Assembly (NCBI GenBank): GCA_009845545.1 | Contig: VXZK01000303.1 | Coordinates: 1-47,148 of the forward strand | DNA from: Candidatus Poribacteria bacterium | GTDB lineage: Bacteria > Poribacteria > WGA-4E > WGA-3G | DNA: 47,148 nucleotides | Direction of reading: 5' to 3' | In this document: positions 8,761-17,780 of the stretch, piece by piece | Numbering within the stretch: position 1 is the stretch's first letter | How the letters are laid out: every line of letters begins with the position of its first letter | Translations under genes and position numbers: made by a program | Notes under the pieces: model-generated | Databases searched by the model: none | The model's input: the letters and a program-made list of their open reading frames with translations, nothing else | Told to the model about the DNA's origin: nothing

Positions 8761-9785
8761 TCTAAACGTGAGTTTGATAAATATTTGAAAGTTTTTGAAT
8801 AAAGAGAACCCTTTTGGTATAATGAAACAATCTCTAACTTCCAAAAGGAGTTCTCTGATGAGTATTCTAACACTTTTCTGTAATATTGACGACTTTTTTC
8901 TGCTTCACGAGAAATGGAAGGCAACACATTGTCTACCGGAGACGACAACACCGGAAATACGTGGACGCCCTCGGCAACTGCATCCGAGCGAAGTGATGAC
9001 GATCCTTATTGCTTTCCACCAAAGCAACTATCGGACGTTTAAACACTTTTACAACAAACATGTTTGTGTCTATTGGTGTGCGGAGTTTCCGCATTTAGTG
9101 AGTTATTCTCGGTTCGTTCAACTCAAGAAAGAGGTGTTGATGCTCTTGACGCTTTATCTTCATGCTCAGCTCGGTGAATGTAGCGGTATCTCCTTCGTGG
9201 ATTCGACCCGTTTGCGGGTTTGCGATAATAAGCGGATCTCCTCACATCGCGTCTTCGCTGAACATGCCGGACGCTCGAAGACTTCAATGGGATGGTTCTA
9301 TGGTTTTAAACTCCACCTCATCATTAATGAGAGAGGGGATCTCTTAGGTTTTCAAGTGTCTTCGGGGAATACGGATGATCGTCAACCTCTCTGGGAGTTG
9401 TCGCCGGATAGCCTGTTCGGCCCCCTTTATGGCGATAAAGGGTATATCTCGAAAGACCTCCGTACGTTTCTCAAGGAACAAGGTATCAACTTGTGCTATA
9501 AAGTCCGTAAGAACATGAAACCGCTGGAGTTATCCGTTTCCGATGAGGTGCTATTGAAGAAACGGTCGATTATAGAATCAGTGATAAAGGCGTTGAAAAC
9601 GCAGACGGTGCTTGAACACAGTCGTCATAGAAGTTTCGCGAACTTTCAAGTCAACCTTATTTCTGCGTTGATTGCGTATCAACTGCTGGAGAGCAAGCCC
9701 TCGGCGAACATATTGGAACTTCAAGGAAGCAACGACTTACCCGTGCTTTTCTAACGGATAAACTTTTTTCAAACTCACGTTTCTA
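8761..9785 (+). mobile_element. IS982-family insertion sequence (~1.0 kb)
   Basis: Terminal inverted repeats: AAACGTGAGTTTGA at 8764-8777 and its exact reverse complement at 9769-9782. They enclose a single transposase ORF. No clear target-site duplication found. Confidence 0.75.
8858..9754 (+). CDS. IS982-family DDE transposase
   Basis: ATG at 8858 follows AAAAGGAG. MSILTLFCNIDDFF..., FVDSTRLRVCDNKR, SMGWFYGFKLHLIINERG, YGDKGYIS and RSIIESVIKALK match IS982 transposase signatures as I recall them. Confidence 0.85.
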   Translation: MSILTLFCNIDDFFLLHEKWKATHCLPETTTPEIRGRPRQLHPSEVMTILIAFHQSNYRTFKHFYNKHVCVYWCAEFPHLVSYSRFVQLKKEVLMLLTLYLHAQLGECSGISFVDSTRLRVCDNKRISSHRVFAEHAGRSKTSMGWFYGFKLHLIINERGDLLGFQVSSGNTDDRQPLWELSPDSLFGPLYGDKGYISKDLRTFLKEQGINLCYKVRKNMKPLELSVSDEVLLKKRSIIESVIKALKTQTVLEHSRHRSFANFQVNLISALIAYQLLESKPSANILELQGSNDLPVLF

Positions 9786-9809
9786 ACATATTCCGCTTGT
9801 GGCGGTAGG

Positions 9810-10817
9810 TCAAGGAATCTTCCGTAGCACCGTATTGCTCAATAGAATCTCAATCCCTAACAGTAGCACTGCGGGTATCAAGAAATATGTTGCCAACTCT
9901 TTGTGGGCAACGGTGTTGACGGTCTTAAATTCTGTCTTTTCAAAACGGTCGATTTCCGCATAGATTTGCTTCAGTGATTGTGTGTCTATGGCGCGAAAGT
10001 AACGTCCTCCTGTCGTTTGTGCAATCTGCTTTAGGGTATCCTCGTCGAGATAGGTGAGAACCTCACGGTATCTTTTACCGAAGGTCATGTCTGCATAGGG
10101 GATACGTGCACCCCCCTCTTTCCCCATACCAATGGTATAAACCTTGATCCCGGAGGATTCTGCGAGAGACGCTGCTGCCCCTGGGTTAATGCTGCCTGCG
10201 GTGTTTTCACCATCGGTCAGGAGGATAACGATCTTCGTTTTCGATTGTGAGACGCGTAACCGATGTGTGGCAGTCGCAAGTGCATCACCGATAGCAGTGC
10301 CATCCTCCAGTTGTCCAAGTTTTACATCGTTGAGCAGTTCTACCAGTACTGCGTAATCTAATGTGAGGGGACAGAGCGTGAAACTTTCGCCAGCAAAAAC
10401 AACTAAACCGATGCGATCGTTTTCGCGATGTGCCAAAAAATCGTTGATGACCAATTTAGCGGTTTCGATACGATTTGCTCCCTCAAAATCCTCTGCCCGC
10501 ATGCTCTCCGAAATATCAAGTACTAAAAGGATATCAATTCCCTTCGCTAATTGATGTTCACGGCTTTGAGAGAGTTGCGGACGGGCGAGCGTAACGATAA
10601 GTAGTGCGAGGACAATGAATCTCAAAATCTTCAACATCGGCAGTGCTTTCACTGAGAAGGTTTGTCGCATCTTCTGAACGCCGGCTGCAAAGCCGTGGTT
10701 GAAGTCAGAAAAACGCACGACTGGGGTGATTGTCCGTTTGTACAACCATCCAGAAGCAATAAACAACAGAGGGATTATGATAAGCAAAATTAAAAAAAAG
10801 GGCGATGCTAATTGCAT
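9810..10817 (-). CDS. VWA-domain protein, BatA-like
   Basis: Two N-terminal TM segments, then LLVLDISESMRAEDF...NRIETAKLVINDFL...DRIGLVVFAGESFTLCPLTLDY...VILLTDGENTAG (MIDAS motif and BatA architecture). Confidence 0.85.
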   Translation of the reverse strand: MQLASPFFLILLIIIPLLFIASGWLYKRTITPVVRFSDFNHGFAAGVQKMRQTFSVKALPMLKILRFIVLALLIVTLARPQLSQSREHQLAKGIDILLVLDISESMRAEDFEGANRIETAKLVINDFLAHRENDRIGLVVFAGESFTLCPLTLDYAVLVELLNDVKLGQLEDGTAIGDALATATHRLRVSQSKTKIVILLTDGENTAGSINPGAAASLAESSGIKVYTIGMGKEGGARIPYADMTFGKRYREVLTYLDEDTLKQIAQTTGGRYFRAIDTQSLKQIYAEIDRFEKTEFKTVNTVAHKELATYFLIPAVLLLGIEILLSNTVLRKIP

Positions 10818-10822
10818 GCGAG

Positions 10823-11980
10823 TTACATCCTTTCTGACCGCGAACTCCACTCATTACCGGGGAGCACGGATGTATTTCTCCGCCGGTCTTGTGGCCTCAT
10901 CATGTTGATGCCACTCAGTAAGCAGATCCCAATACCAAGGGTGTTGACAACGAGAAACGTTACCCAATCAATGTATGGCAGCGCTGTCGCCATAAAGTAG
11001 AGGATATAACCGAAAATTACTGCAAGTGGTTTCAATCGACCTGAAAAGAGAGTGCCGCCGAGTGTCAGGAAAATCGCTGCTTTACCACAGATGGCTAACG
11101 GCAGTAAAATGGATAGTCCCAACAACATGAGCGGAACGCCGATAATTGACAGTGTTAGCAGCACAACAATTAGCGGTATGACAACTAACATCAGGGCACT
11201 AAATAGTATACTCCCGACCGGTTGATATATTAACATTTCACTGACTGCATTTATCGGTCTTGGAAATATTGTCACCACTAACAGATACATAAGGAGAAGA
11301 AGAACGAACTTAACGAGCATGAATCGGAGGTCCATCTCTTTGCGGATTTCCCAGAGAGCCCGCGGATGCATCACGAGTTTCACTGCCGCAGGAATCATCT
11401 GCCAGCGATTGCTTACCTGAAGATTCGCTACTTTCTCTATGTTTCCTGTAACTTCCCCGCTGATGAGATGAAGCGTTCCGTTTACTTGTGCGCTTGATGC
11501 AAGTTCGACGTTTCCACCGAGTACCAACACATTTCCGGTGACGCGCCCTTCTAACCTCGCGTTGCCAGCAATTATAACGAGGCTTGTTAATACCTCATCC
11601 GCTGCTAATTCATAGTCGTTAACAATTTTGAATATCCGCCGCGTTTTTTCCCACTGGTCCCCTCTCTCTGCAGCGGTTTCACTCGGAGCTTCAGTTTGCT
11701 GACTTAGCGTGTTAGGAGCCGCTTCCGAAGTTGGTGCCGCGCCTGCGTGTTCGGTGCTATCTTCTCGCGTTGGACGCCTTGACTCGTTTCTCGTTTGCAA
11801 ATCTGCTTCTTGCGCTGTTAAGCCCTGCGCAAGAAAAGTACCGTTTGCGACTTTGTCGTGTCTGAAGTTGGATTGTGGATGCCGTTCATCACTCTGTTGA
11901 TTTCCGGACGCTACAGGCTGTCCAAACAAGGACAGCACACCAAAACTGAAAAATAAAAATATAACTGCTATTTCCTTCAT
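10823..11980 (-). CDS. Membrane protein with bactofilin-like repeat region
   Basis: Signal-like N-terminus. Repeat region IIAGNARLEGRVTGNVLVLGGNVELASSAQVNGTLHLISGEVTGNIE is followed by ~5-6 hydrophobic helices. Ends 5 bp upstream of the batA-like start. Confidence 0.5.
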   Translation of the reverse strand: MKEIAVIFLFFSFGVLSLFGQPVASGNQQSDERHPQSNFRHDKVANGTFLAQGLTAQEADLQTRNESRRPTREDSTEHAGAAPTSEAAPNTLSQQTEAPSETAAERGDQWEKTRRIFKIVNDYELAADEVLTSLVIIAGNARLEGRVTGNVLVLGGNVELASSAQVNGTLHLISGEVTGNIEKVANLQVSNRWQMIPAAVKLVMHPRALWEIRKEMDLRFMLVKFVLLLLMYLLVVTIFPRPINAVSEMLIYQPVGSILFSALMLVVIPLIVVLLTLSIIGVPLMLLGLSILLPLAICGKAAIFLTLGGTLFSGRLKPLAVIFGYILYFMATALPYIDWVTFLVVNTLGIGICLLSGINMMRPQDRRRNTSVLPGNEWSSRSERM

Positions 11981-12176
11981 GTTTTCCCACACTTTATGTT
12001 GAAATATATGAAGATATTGTAGACGAAATTTCCTATGATGTCAACGCTTTTTTAGAATATAGCAGAACTGGGCAGTTTTCCCATAATTTTAATTTTTCTA
12101 ATCGCAGGTGCTTTCTTGTAGAAGCGACTCAATTGCTGATTGCTGACAACTGACAACCCATAACTGAAAACTGAAT

Positions 12177-12355
12177 ACCTTTGCACAGAGCCATTCAATT
12201 CTCCATTTTCTGATCGAATCTTCACCACCAGACCCGGTAGATGCGGTTTTGCGGCGTACACGCCCAAATGCGATCTGCATTCCTAACCGCACCGGCTCCT
12301 GTAAAAAACGTGAAATCCAATAATTTCTTAAAATTGAATGGTTCTGACCTTTGCA
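12177..12355 (+). mobile_element. MITE-like element, copy A (161 bp plus 9-bp target-site duplications)
   Basis: TIRs CAGAGCCATTCAATT (12186-12200) and AATTGAATGGTTCTG (12332-12346) match 14/15 as reverse complement. Flanked by identical ACCTTTGCA at 12177-12185 and 12347-12355. The core carries a GTAG hairpin interrupted by ~31 bp. Confidence 0.75.
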
Positions 12356-12503
12356 TTTTTCCTCTTGACATGTACCTCCCAATCTGATATGATAAATATA
12401 TTAGTATTTTAAGCGATTTGTATCTGCAGGTATGGGTGCTATATTTGGATAAGTCGCTTACATGTTAGGTAGAAGTGCTTGAATTGTACAAATGGAGGGA
12501 ATA

Positions 12504-13334
12504 ATGAATTTCAATGTTATTTTTTCTCGAAAGTTCTATCTTTCGAGTATAACGCTTACATGTTTCAGTCTCTTTTCTTTTGGCATTCTATTCGTTTCCA
12601 CCGCCTCAGCCGAAATTGATCCCGATACCCTTGTCGGCATGTGGCTCTTTGATGAAGGAAAAGGAAAAGTCGCAACCGATGCCTCTGGAAACAAGTTGGA
12701 CGGCGAATTTGAAGGCAGTCCCAAATGGGTTGAAGGTAAATTTGGAATGGCACTTGAATTCGATGGTAAATCGGCTTATGTTCAGATTCCAGCACATGAG
12801 AACCCAACCGAGGCAATCACGGTATCCGCTTGGGCGAAGAGTGGCACCGACCTTTGGAACCAACCCGGTTGGATAATTGAAAAGCGGAATGCCTATATCA
12901 TTCATCCTAACAGCGGGACGAAAAACATCGCATGGCCAGTTTGCAATGGCGGTTGTTGGAATAAACCCGGCGGTTGGAATGACGGTAATGTTGGCACAGA
13001 TGATATTACCGAATGGCACATGTACACAACCACTTATGATAGCGATACCGGCGAATGGTATATTTATATTGATGCCGAAGAAGCAAGCGCATTGGATTTG
13101 GCTAAAAATCCAATTGATCTTGATACCGGTCCCGCCAATATCGGATTTGATGATTGTTGCGGCGGCGCACGCTTTGGTTTAGGTGCTGTCGATGAAGTGG
13201 CGATTTTCAGTGTCGCTTTGGAAGAAAGGGACATTCAACAAATGTACGAGCAGGGTCTCGAATTTGCAGTCCTGGCGGTTGACCCAGCGGATAAAATGAC
13301 AACCACTTGGGCAAACGTGAAGGTCAAGTATTAG
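12504..13334 (+). CDS. Secreted LamG (Laminin_G_3/concanavalin-like) domain protein carrying the C-terminal tag
   Basis: ATG at 12504 follows GGAGGG. Signal peptide present. LVGMWLFDEGKGKVATDASGNKLDGEFEGSPKWVEGKFGMALEFDG...DEVAIFSVALEERDIQ is typical LamG. C-terminus LAVDPADKMTTTWANVKVKY. Confidence 0.8.
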   Translation: MNFNVIFSRKFYLSSITLTCFSLFSFGILFVSTASAEIDPDTLVGMWLFDEGKGKVATDASGNKLDGEFEGSPKWVEGKFGMALEFDGKSAYVQIPAHENPTEAITVSAWAKSGTDLWNQPGWIIEKRNAYIIHPNSGTKNIAWPVCNGGCWNKPGGWNDGNVGTDDITEWHMYTTTYDSDTGEWYIYIDAEEASALDLAKNPIDLDTGPANIGFDDCCGGARFGLGAVDEVAIFSVALEERDIQQMYEQGLEFAVLAVDPADKMTTTWANVKVKY

Positions 13335-13556
13335 GTATCTTTAGATATTCACGCAGCGTTTGTAAGCCTATAGGCACATAGTGCTGTATACTAACCTTCA
13401 AAATTAGTGTAAAGGGCGGGGGCCATACCCGCCCACACGCACGACGAAGCGCAAGCGGAACCCTCGTTCTACAGCACATATCCGATAGAGAAAGCGAATG
13501 GATAGGCGAAGTCTCAAGCGCATTGCCATAGAAAAACACAGAAAACGGAGGCACAA

Positions 13557-14276
13557 ATGACGTTTAGTTATGACGAAGCAGATGATTTTGACGAAACCAA
13601 TGATTTTGACGAAACCAATGATTTTGAGGAGGAACCACAGGAGGCATTCTTGGAGGAGGAGGATGACGATTCTGATACGGCACTCTCTCAGGCTTTTCGT
13701 CAAGCAGCGGGCACAATAGTGGATGAAGATGAAACAGATGAAGAAGAAGACGATACTCAAGTAAATCATGGTACGGAACCAGAAGCGGACGATACCGAAG
13801 CAGATGATGATACTGAGGCAGATAATGACGCTGATGCTAATACTTACGAACAACAACTTATAGAGCCGGTAGAAGCATCACCTGATGAAAACGAAGATGA
13901 TTTAGAAGTAGAACTGCCGCCGCTTGAACTGGCTCCGACGGAACCGATAGTCGAGCTTTTTCGCCCCAAGGAGCAAAGTAACGCTGCCTATAGGGACGCG
14001 AGAACAGCCTACTATGAGGAAAATGATTATCAACGGGCAATTGAGAAATTTAACGAGGCTATTGAATACGAAGCTCAAAGCACTGAGGGCAGCCTCACCG
14101 ATGCCAACGAAATTGTTGCAAAATCGAAGTACTGGCAAGCGGAAGCCTACGTCAAGTTACAAGACCTGACCCAAGCTATTGGGACTTTTGAGGATCTGGT
14201 CAAAACTTGCCAAGGACATTATCTCTCATTAGCCGCACAGCGCAGAGCGGATCAATTGAACACCAAAAACTCTTAA
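13557..14276 (+). CDS. Acidic repeat protein with TPR-like C-terminus
   Basis: 239 aa. N-terminal ~120 aa are very rich in D/E. C-terminal part (YRDARTAYYEENDYQRAIEKFNEAIEY...YWQAEAYVKLQDLTQAIGTFEDLV) looks like YbgF/TPR. Confidence 0.5.
   Translation: MTFSYDEADDFDETNDFDETNDFEEEPQEAFLEEEDDDSDTALSQAFRQAAGTIVDEDETDEEEDDTQVNHGTEPEADDTEADDDTEADNDADANTYEQQLIEPVEASPDENEDDLEVELPPLELAPTEPIVELFRPKEQSNAAYRDARTAYYEENDYQRAIEKFNEAIEYEAQSTEGSLTDANEIVAKSKYWQAEAYVKLQDLTQAIGTFEDLVKTCQGHYLSLAAQRRADQLNTKNS
13581..13634 (+). repeat. 18-bp tandem repeat (x3, last copy degenerate) inside a CDS
   Basis: GATGATTTTGACGAAACC / AATGATTTTGACGAAACC / AATGATTTTGAGGAGGAA, encoding DDFDET-NDFDET-NDFEEE. Confidence 0.8.
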
Positions 14277-14355
14277 ACGTCGGACGTTTTGACGGACCGA
14301 TGCAATTCTATATTGCTTAGCACAAACCTATATTTACAAAAGGATTGACGAATTT

Positions 14356-16206
14356 GTGGAAACCTTAAAAAACTTGCTAAAACAAAAGGCAACGAACTTA
14401 CGTATTCATTCCATAATCTCCACTTCGGAGGCGGGCTCTGGACATCCAACCACGTGTCTTTCGGCTGCGGATATCGTCTCTGCTCTCTTTTTTCACGCCA
14501 TGCGTTATGACTGTAGTGATGCCCAAAACCCTAACAATGATAGGTTCATCTTATCCAAGGGACATGCCGCACCACTACTCTACGCTGCGTATGCCGAAGC
14601 AGGTATCATTCCGACCGAGCAACTCCGGACACTACGGCAAATCGACAGCATCCTGGAAGGGCATCCGACGCCTCGGTTTGAATGGACAGAGGTCGCAACT
14701 GGATCGCTTGGACAAGGTTTATCGCTCGGACTCGGTATGGCACTCAACGGCAAATACTTAGACAAATCCGATTACCGCGTCTACGTGCTTCTCGGCGATG
14801 GCGAAACTGCTGAAGGTGGGGTCTGGGAAGCCGCCGCTTTGGCATCACACTACCAACTTAATAATCTAATTGGAATTGTGGATGTCAACGCACTTGGACA
14901 AAGTCAGCGCACTATGTACGCTTTTGATGTTGATACCTATTGTAAGCGGTTTGAGGCTTTTGGATGGCAAACCATCGGGATTGATGGCCACAATTTTGAT
15001 GAAATCTTGCCAGCACTCGCACAAGCCAAAGTTTCGACTAATAAGCCGACGATGATAGTCGCAAAGACCTTTAAAGGGAAAGGCGTTTCATTCCTGGAAA
15101 ACGCAGACAACTGGCACGGGAAGGCTGTTGCCGAAGGTGAGGAACTTGACAAAGCATTAGCCGAACTCGGTCCACTCAATTTGGATGCTCCTGTTCAGAT
15201 TGAATCACCTCAGCCTGTAGGTGAGCCTGCTGAGCCTGCTGTCACAACTAAGTGTGAACCGCCCGACTATCCTTCCGACGAAGAGATCGCGACGCGCGGC
15301 GGATACGGCATCGGGCTCGCAAAACTCGGCGGTGTGAACCCCAATGTTGTCGCTTTAGATGGAGATACTAAAAACTCTACCTATGCCGAACAGTTTATGG
15401 AACGCTATCCCAATCGCTATTTTGAGATGTTTATCGCAGAACAGAATTTGGTAGGCGCAGGCATAGGGCTGGCGAAGCGTGGGAAAATTCCGTTTGTCTC
15501 TACCTTTGCTGCGTTTTTATCGCGCGCCTACGATCAGATTCGGATGTCTGCGATTTCACAAGCGAATATTAAATATGCCGGTTCACACTGCGGTGTTTCA
15601 ATCGGAGAAGACGGACCCTCACAAATGGGTTTAGAGGATATAGCGATGTTCCGGGCAATTCCAGAGGCAGTCGTACTCTATCCAAGCGATGCTGGTAGTG
15701 CTGAACGGCTTGTCGCTGAGGCTGCCGCACACGAAGGGATTGTTTACCTCCGAACCTCGCGCCCCAAAACGCCTATTCTCTATGATGCCGATGAAAGTTT
15801 CCCTATCGGTGGGTCTAAGGTTGTTCAACAAAGCAATGAAGATACGGTAACTGTTGTTGCCGCAGGGGTTACTGTTCATGAAGCCTTGAAAGCACACAGC
15901 ACACTCGCAACCGAAGGTATCGCTATCCGCGTCATTGACCTATATTCTATCAAACCGGTTGATGCTGCAGCACTAAAAGCGGCGGCAGCCGAGACAAATA
16001 ACACTTTAATCACCGTTGAAGACCATTACCCGGAAGGCGGTTTAGGGGATGCTGTGTTGGATGCTGTCGCAACAGCAGATGTTTACGTCCACAAACTCGC
16101 CGTTACACGGATGCCACGTTCTGGAAAACCGGAAGAACTCTTAGAATATCACGGCATTAGTGCGAATGCTATTGCACAGAAGGTGAAGGACATTATCGCG
16201 CAATAG
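14356..16206 (+). CDS. tkt: Transketolase
   Basis: 616 aa, GTG start. ...SEAGSGHPTTCLSAADIVSALFFH..., GSLGQGLSLGLGMAL, VLLGDGETAEGGVWEA, plus the C-terminal Pyr and TKC parts. Confidence 0.9.
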   Translation: METLKNLLKQKATNLRIHSIISTSEAGSGHPTTCLSAADIVSALFFHAMRYDCSDAQNPNNDRFILSKGHAAPLLYAAYAEAGIIPTEQLRTLRQIDSILEGHPTPRFEWTEVATGSLGQGLSLGLGMALNGKYLDKSDYRVYVLLGDGETAEGGVWEAAALASHYQLNNLIGIVDVNALGQSQRTMYAFDVDTYCKRFEAFGWQTIGIDGHNFDEILPALAQAKVSTNKPTMIVAKTFKGKGVSFLENADNWHGKAVAEGEELDKALAELGPLNLDAPVQIESPQPVGEPAEPAVTTKCEPPDYPSDEEIATRGGYGIGLAKLGGVNPNVVALDGDTKNSTYAEQFMERYPNRYFEMFIAEQNLVGAGIGLAKRGKIPFVSTFAAFLSRAYDQIRMSAISQANIKYAGSHCGVSIGEDGPSQMGLEDIAMFRAIPEAVVLYPSDAGSAERLVAEAAAHEGIVYLRTSRPKTPILYDADESFPIGGSKVVQQSNEDTVTVVAAGVTVHEALKAHSTLATEGIAIRVIDLYSIKPVDAAALKAAAAETNNTLITVEDHYPEGGLGDAVLDAVATADVYVHKLAVTRMPRSGKPEELLEYHGISANAIAQKVKDIIAQ

Positions 16207-16278
16207 CGACAACCACTAAAACCGCATTGTAAGTACGGTTGGAAACTACATTAGAGGAATCGATCACGTAAACTTCAT

Positions 16279-16653
16279 GTGGATATGCAAAGGATAATTG
16301 TCTGGGGGACTGTCTTAGGCGTAATCATCCTTGTAGGCATTGGAATAATCTATGCCTTGCGCGCGCCGCGCACAGCCCCAAAAACCTATCCAGCGGATAA
16401 GGGACCTAACTTTATTGATGTTACTGCCTACCCTGCGAAGATGCAGGAGGCTTACGAACTCTTCACCAACAAGTGTAGTCGATGCCACACTGTTGCACGT
16501 CCCATTAACTCTACCTTCATGCCGGAAGAGTGGCGAAAGTATGTCTATAAAATGATGCGGAAGCCGGGTTCAGGGCTTACGCCGAAAACCGCTGAAGAAA
16601 TAATTAGATTCCTCATTTACGATGCACGGCATAGGGAGCGAAAAACAAAATGA
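16279..16653 (+). CDS. Small membrane-anchored c-type haem-binding protein (single CXXCH)
   Basis: N-terminal TM helix. FTNKCSRCHTVARP...EEWRKYVYKMMRKPGSGLTPKTAEEIIRFLIYD resembles the haem-binding domain type C-x-x-CH...W...RM...L...E..I..YL. Start uncertain (GTG 16279 or ATG 16285). Confidence 0.55.
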   Translation: MDMQRIIVWGTVLGVIILVGIGIIYALRAPRTAPKTYPADKGPNFIDVTAYPAKMQEAYELFTNKCSRCHTVARPINSTFMPEEWRKYVYKMMRKPGSGLTPKTAEEIIRFLIYDARHRERKTK

Positions 16654-17780
16654 TTGTTACGCGTAAAATTCACGCTATAGTAACACGCTTGATGTTGGCG
16701 ATATTATTTTCTCTAATAGGCATGCAAATCGGATTCACTGAAGAGGATAATATGAAAAAAAACGATTTTCAGGTTTCAGTAGACGCACAGCGTATTGAAT
16801 TTACCAAGCCCGCTATTTTCAAAGACGGCGCATGGTTGGTGCCTTTGGAGCGGTTCGCCAAACACCTCGAATTGAAGGTAGAATACCCGGAAGGCACGGA
16901 AATGGTGGTACTTTGCGACGGTGTGGAATCAGAACTCTGTGTACCACTCCAATTCCAAGATGGAAAGGCGGGGGCTGTGGACATTGAGGGTGTAACTTAT
17001 GTGCAACCGGCGTCCCTCGCGAAAACCTTCGGCTTTGAAATTTACAAAGCATCAGCGAACACGCTGGAGATTATCCAACCGGTATATCTCGCTCCCGAAT
17101 TCACGCTCCCTGATTTAGAGGCGAACCCAAGACATTTAAAAGAGTTTCGCGGGAAAAAAACGTTTCTCTATGTTTGGGGCTCATGGTGAGGGTGTCGTGG
17201 ACAACTGCCGGGCTGGCAGGAATTTTACGCTAAACACAACGAAGCGTTAAACTTTATCTCAATCGCACTGGATGCCCAAGGCGCATCTGTTGTACGTCCT
17301 TGGCATGATGCTGCGAATGCCGATTTTGTTACACTTATTGATTCACAGAATATTTTTGGCACCCGTTATAACCTCAAAGCGATTCCTTACGGGATCATGA
17401 TTGACGAAGCTGGACGGCTGGTGAAAGTACCTTTCAACGTTAATGTCAAAAATCAAAAGCACCTTGTAATGCTCGAAAAGTGGTTGTCGGATCCTGACTA
17501 TAATGCGATGCTGCTTCACGAAATGAAACCCTCAAGCGAGCCGCTTGTAAAAACGAATGCTGAAGCAGCTGCACGCTTTCAACTCGGGCTCGTCTTATTG
17601 GAAGGCGGGAAAAAGAAGGAAGCGATAGCGGAATGGCGAAAGGCACTCGCGTTAGATCCGCAAAACTGGATTATCCATAAGCAAATTTGGGCAGTTGAGC
17701 ACCCAGACAAATTCTATAAAGGTAGTGTTGATTACGCTTGGCAGAAGACGCAGTTAGAGTCGGAGAAAAGCCAACGGTAG
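16650..17780 (+). CDS. ResA/TlpA-like thiol:disulfide oxidoreductase, candidate selenoprotein (in-frame UGA at 17187-17189), with TPR-like C-terminus
   Basis: ORF-track fragments 16650-17189 and 17397-17780 share one frame with no other stop between them. Read-through gives FLYVWGSW-U-GCRGQLPGWQEFY at the position of WCxxC in ResA/TlpA. Thioredoxin-fold features continue downstream (AIPYGIMIDEAGRLV). Start overlaps the upstream stop (ATGA). Confidence 0.7.
17205..17219 (+). promoter_or_regulatory. Candidate bacterial SECIS hairpin
   Basis: CUGCC-GGGCU-GGCAG begins 15 nt after the UGA at 17187-17189. Confidence 0.4.

Noticed and set aside
8742-8951. N-terminal 70-aa extension of the protease-like ORF.
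   Set aside because: It runs into the IS982 terminal repeat and overlaps the transposase start. The internal ATG at 8741 gives a canonical signal peptide.
12052-12382. ORFs 12052-12267 and 12098-12382 (minus strand), and likewise 35666-36118 (plus strand).
   Set aside because: They lie over the MITE-like repeat copies. The sequences look like translated repeat DNA with no coding signal.
13404-13856. 150-aa minus-strand ORF overlapping the start of the acidic-repeat gene.
   Set aside because: It is the antisense reading of a GA-rich acidic coding region. The plus-strand ORF has a TPR-like C-terminus and is the more plausible gene.
17187-17189. In-frame TGA codons (here and at 46443-46445 and 46893-46895) as evidence for a TGA-reassigned genetic code (code 4 or 25) or for pseudogenes.
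   Set aside because: TGA clearly terminates many well-supported genes in the window (for example at 771-773 and 3238-3240), so there is no global reassignment. All three internal TGAs fall exactly on catalytic Cys positions of redox folds and are followed by hairpins, which fits Sec rather than random decay.
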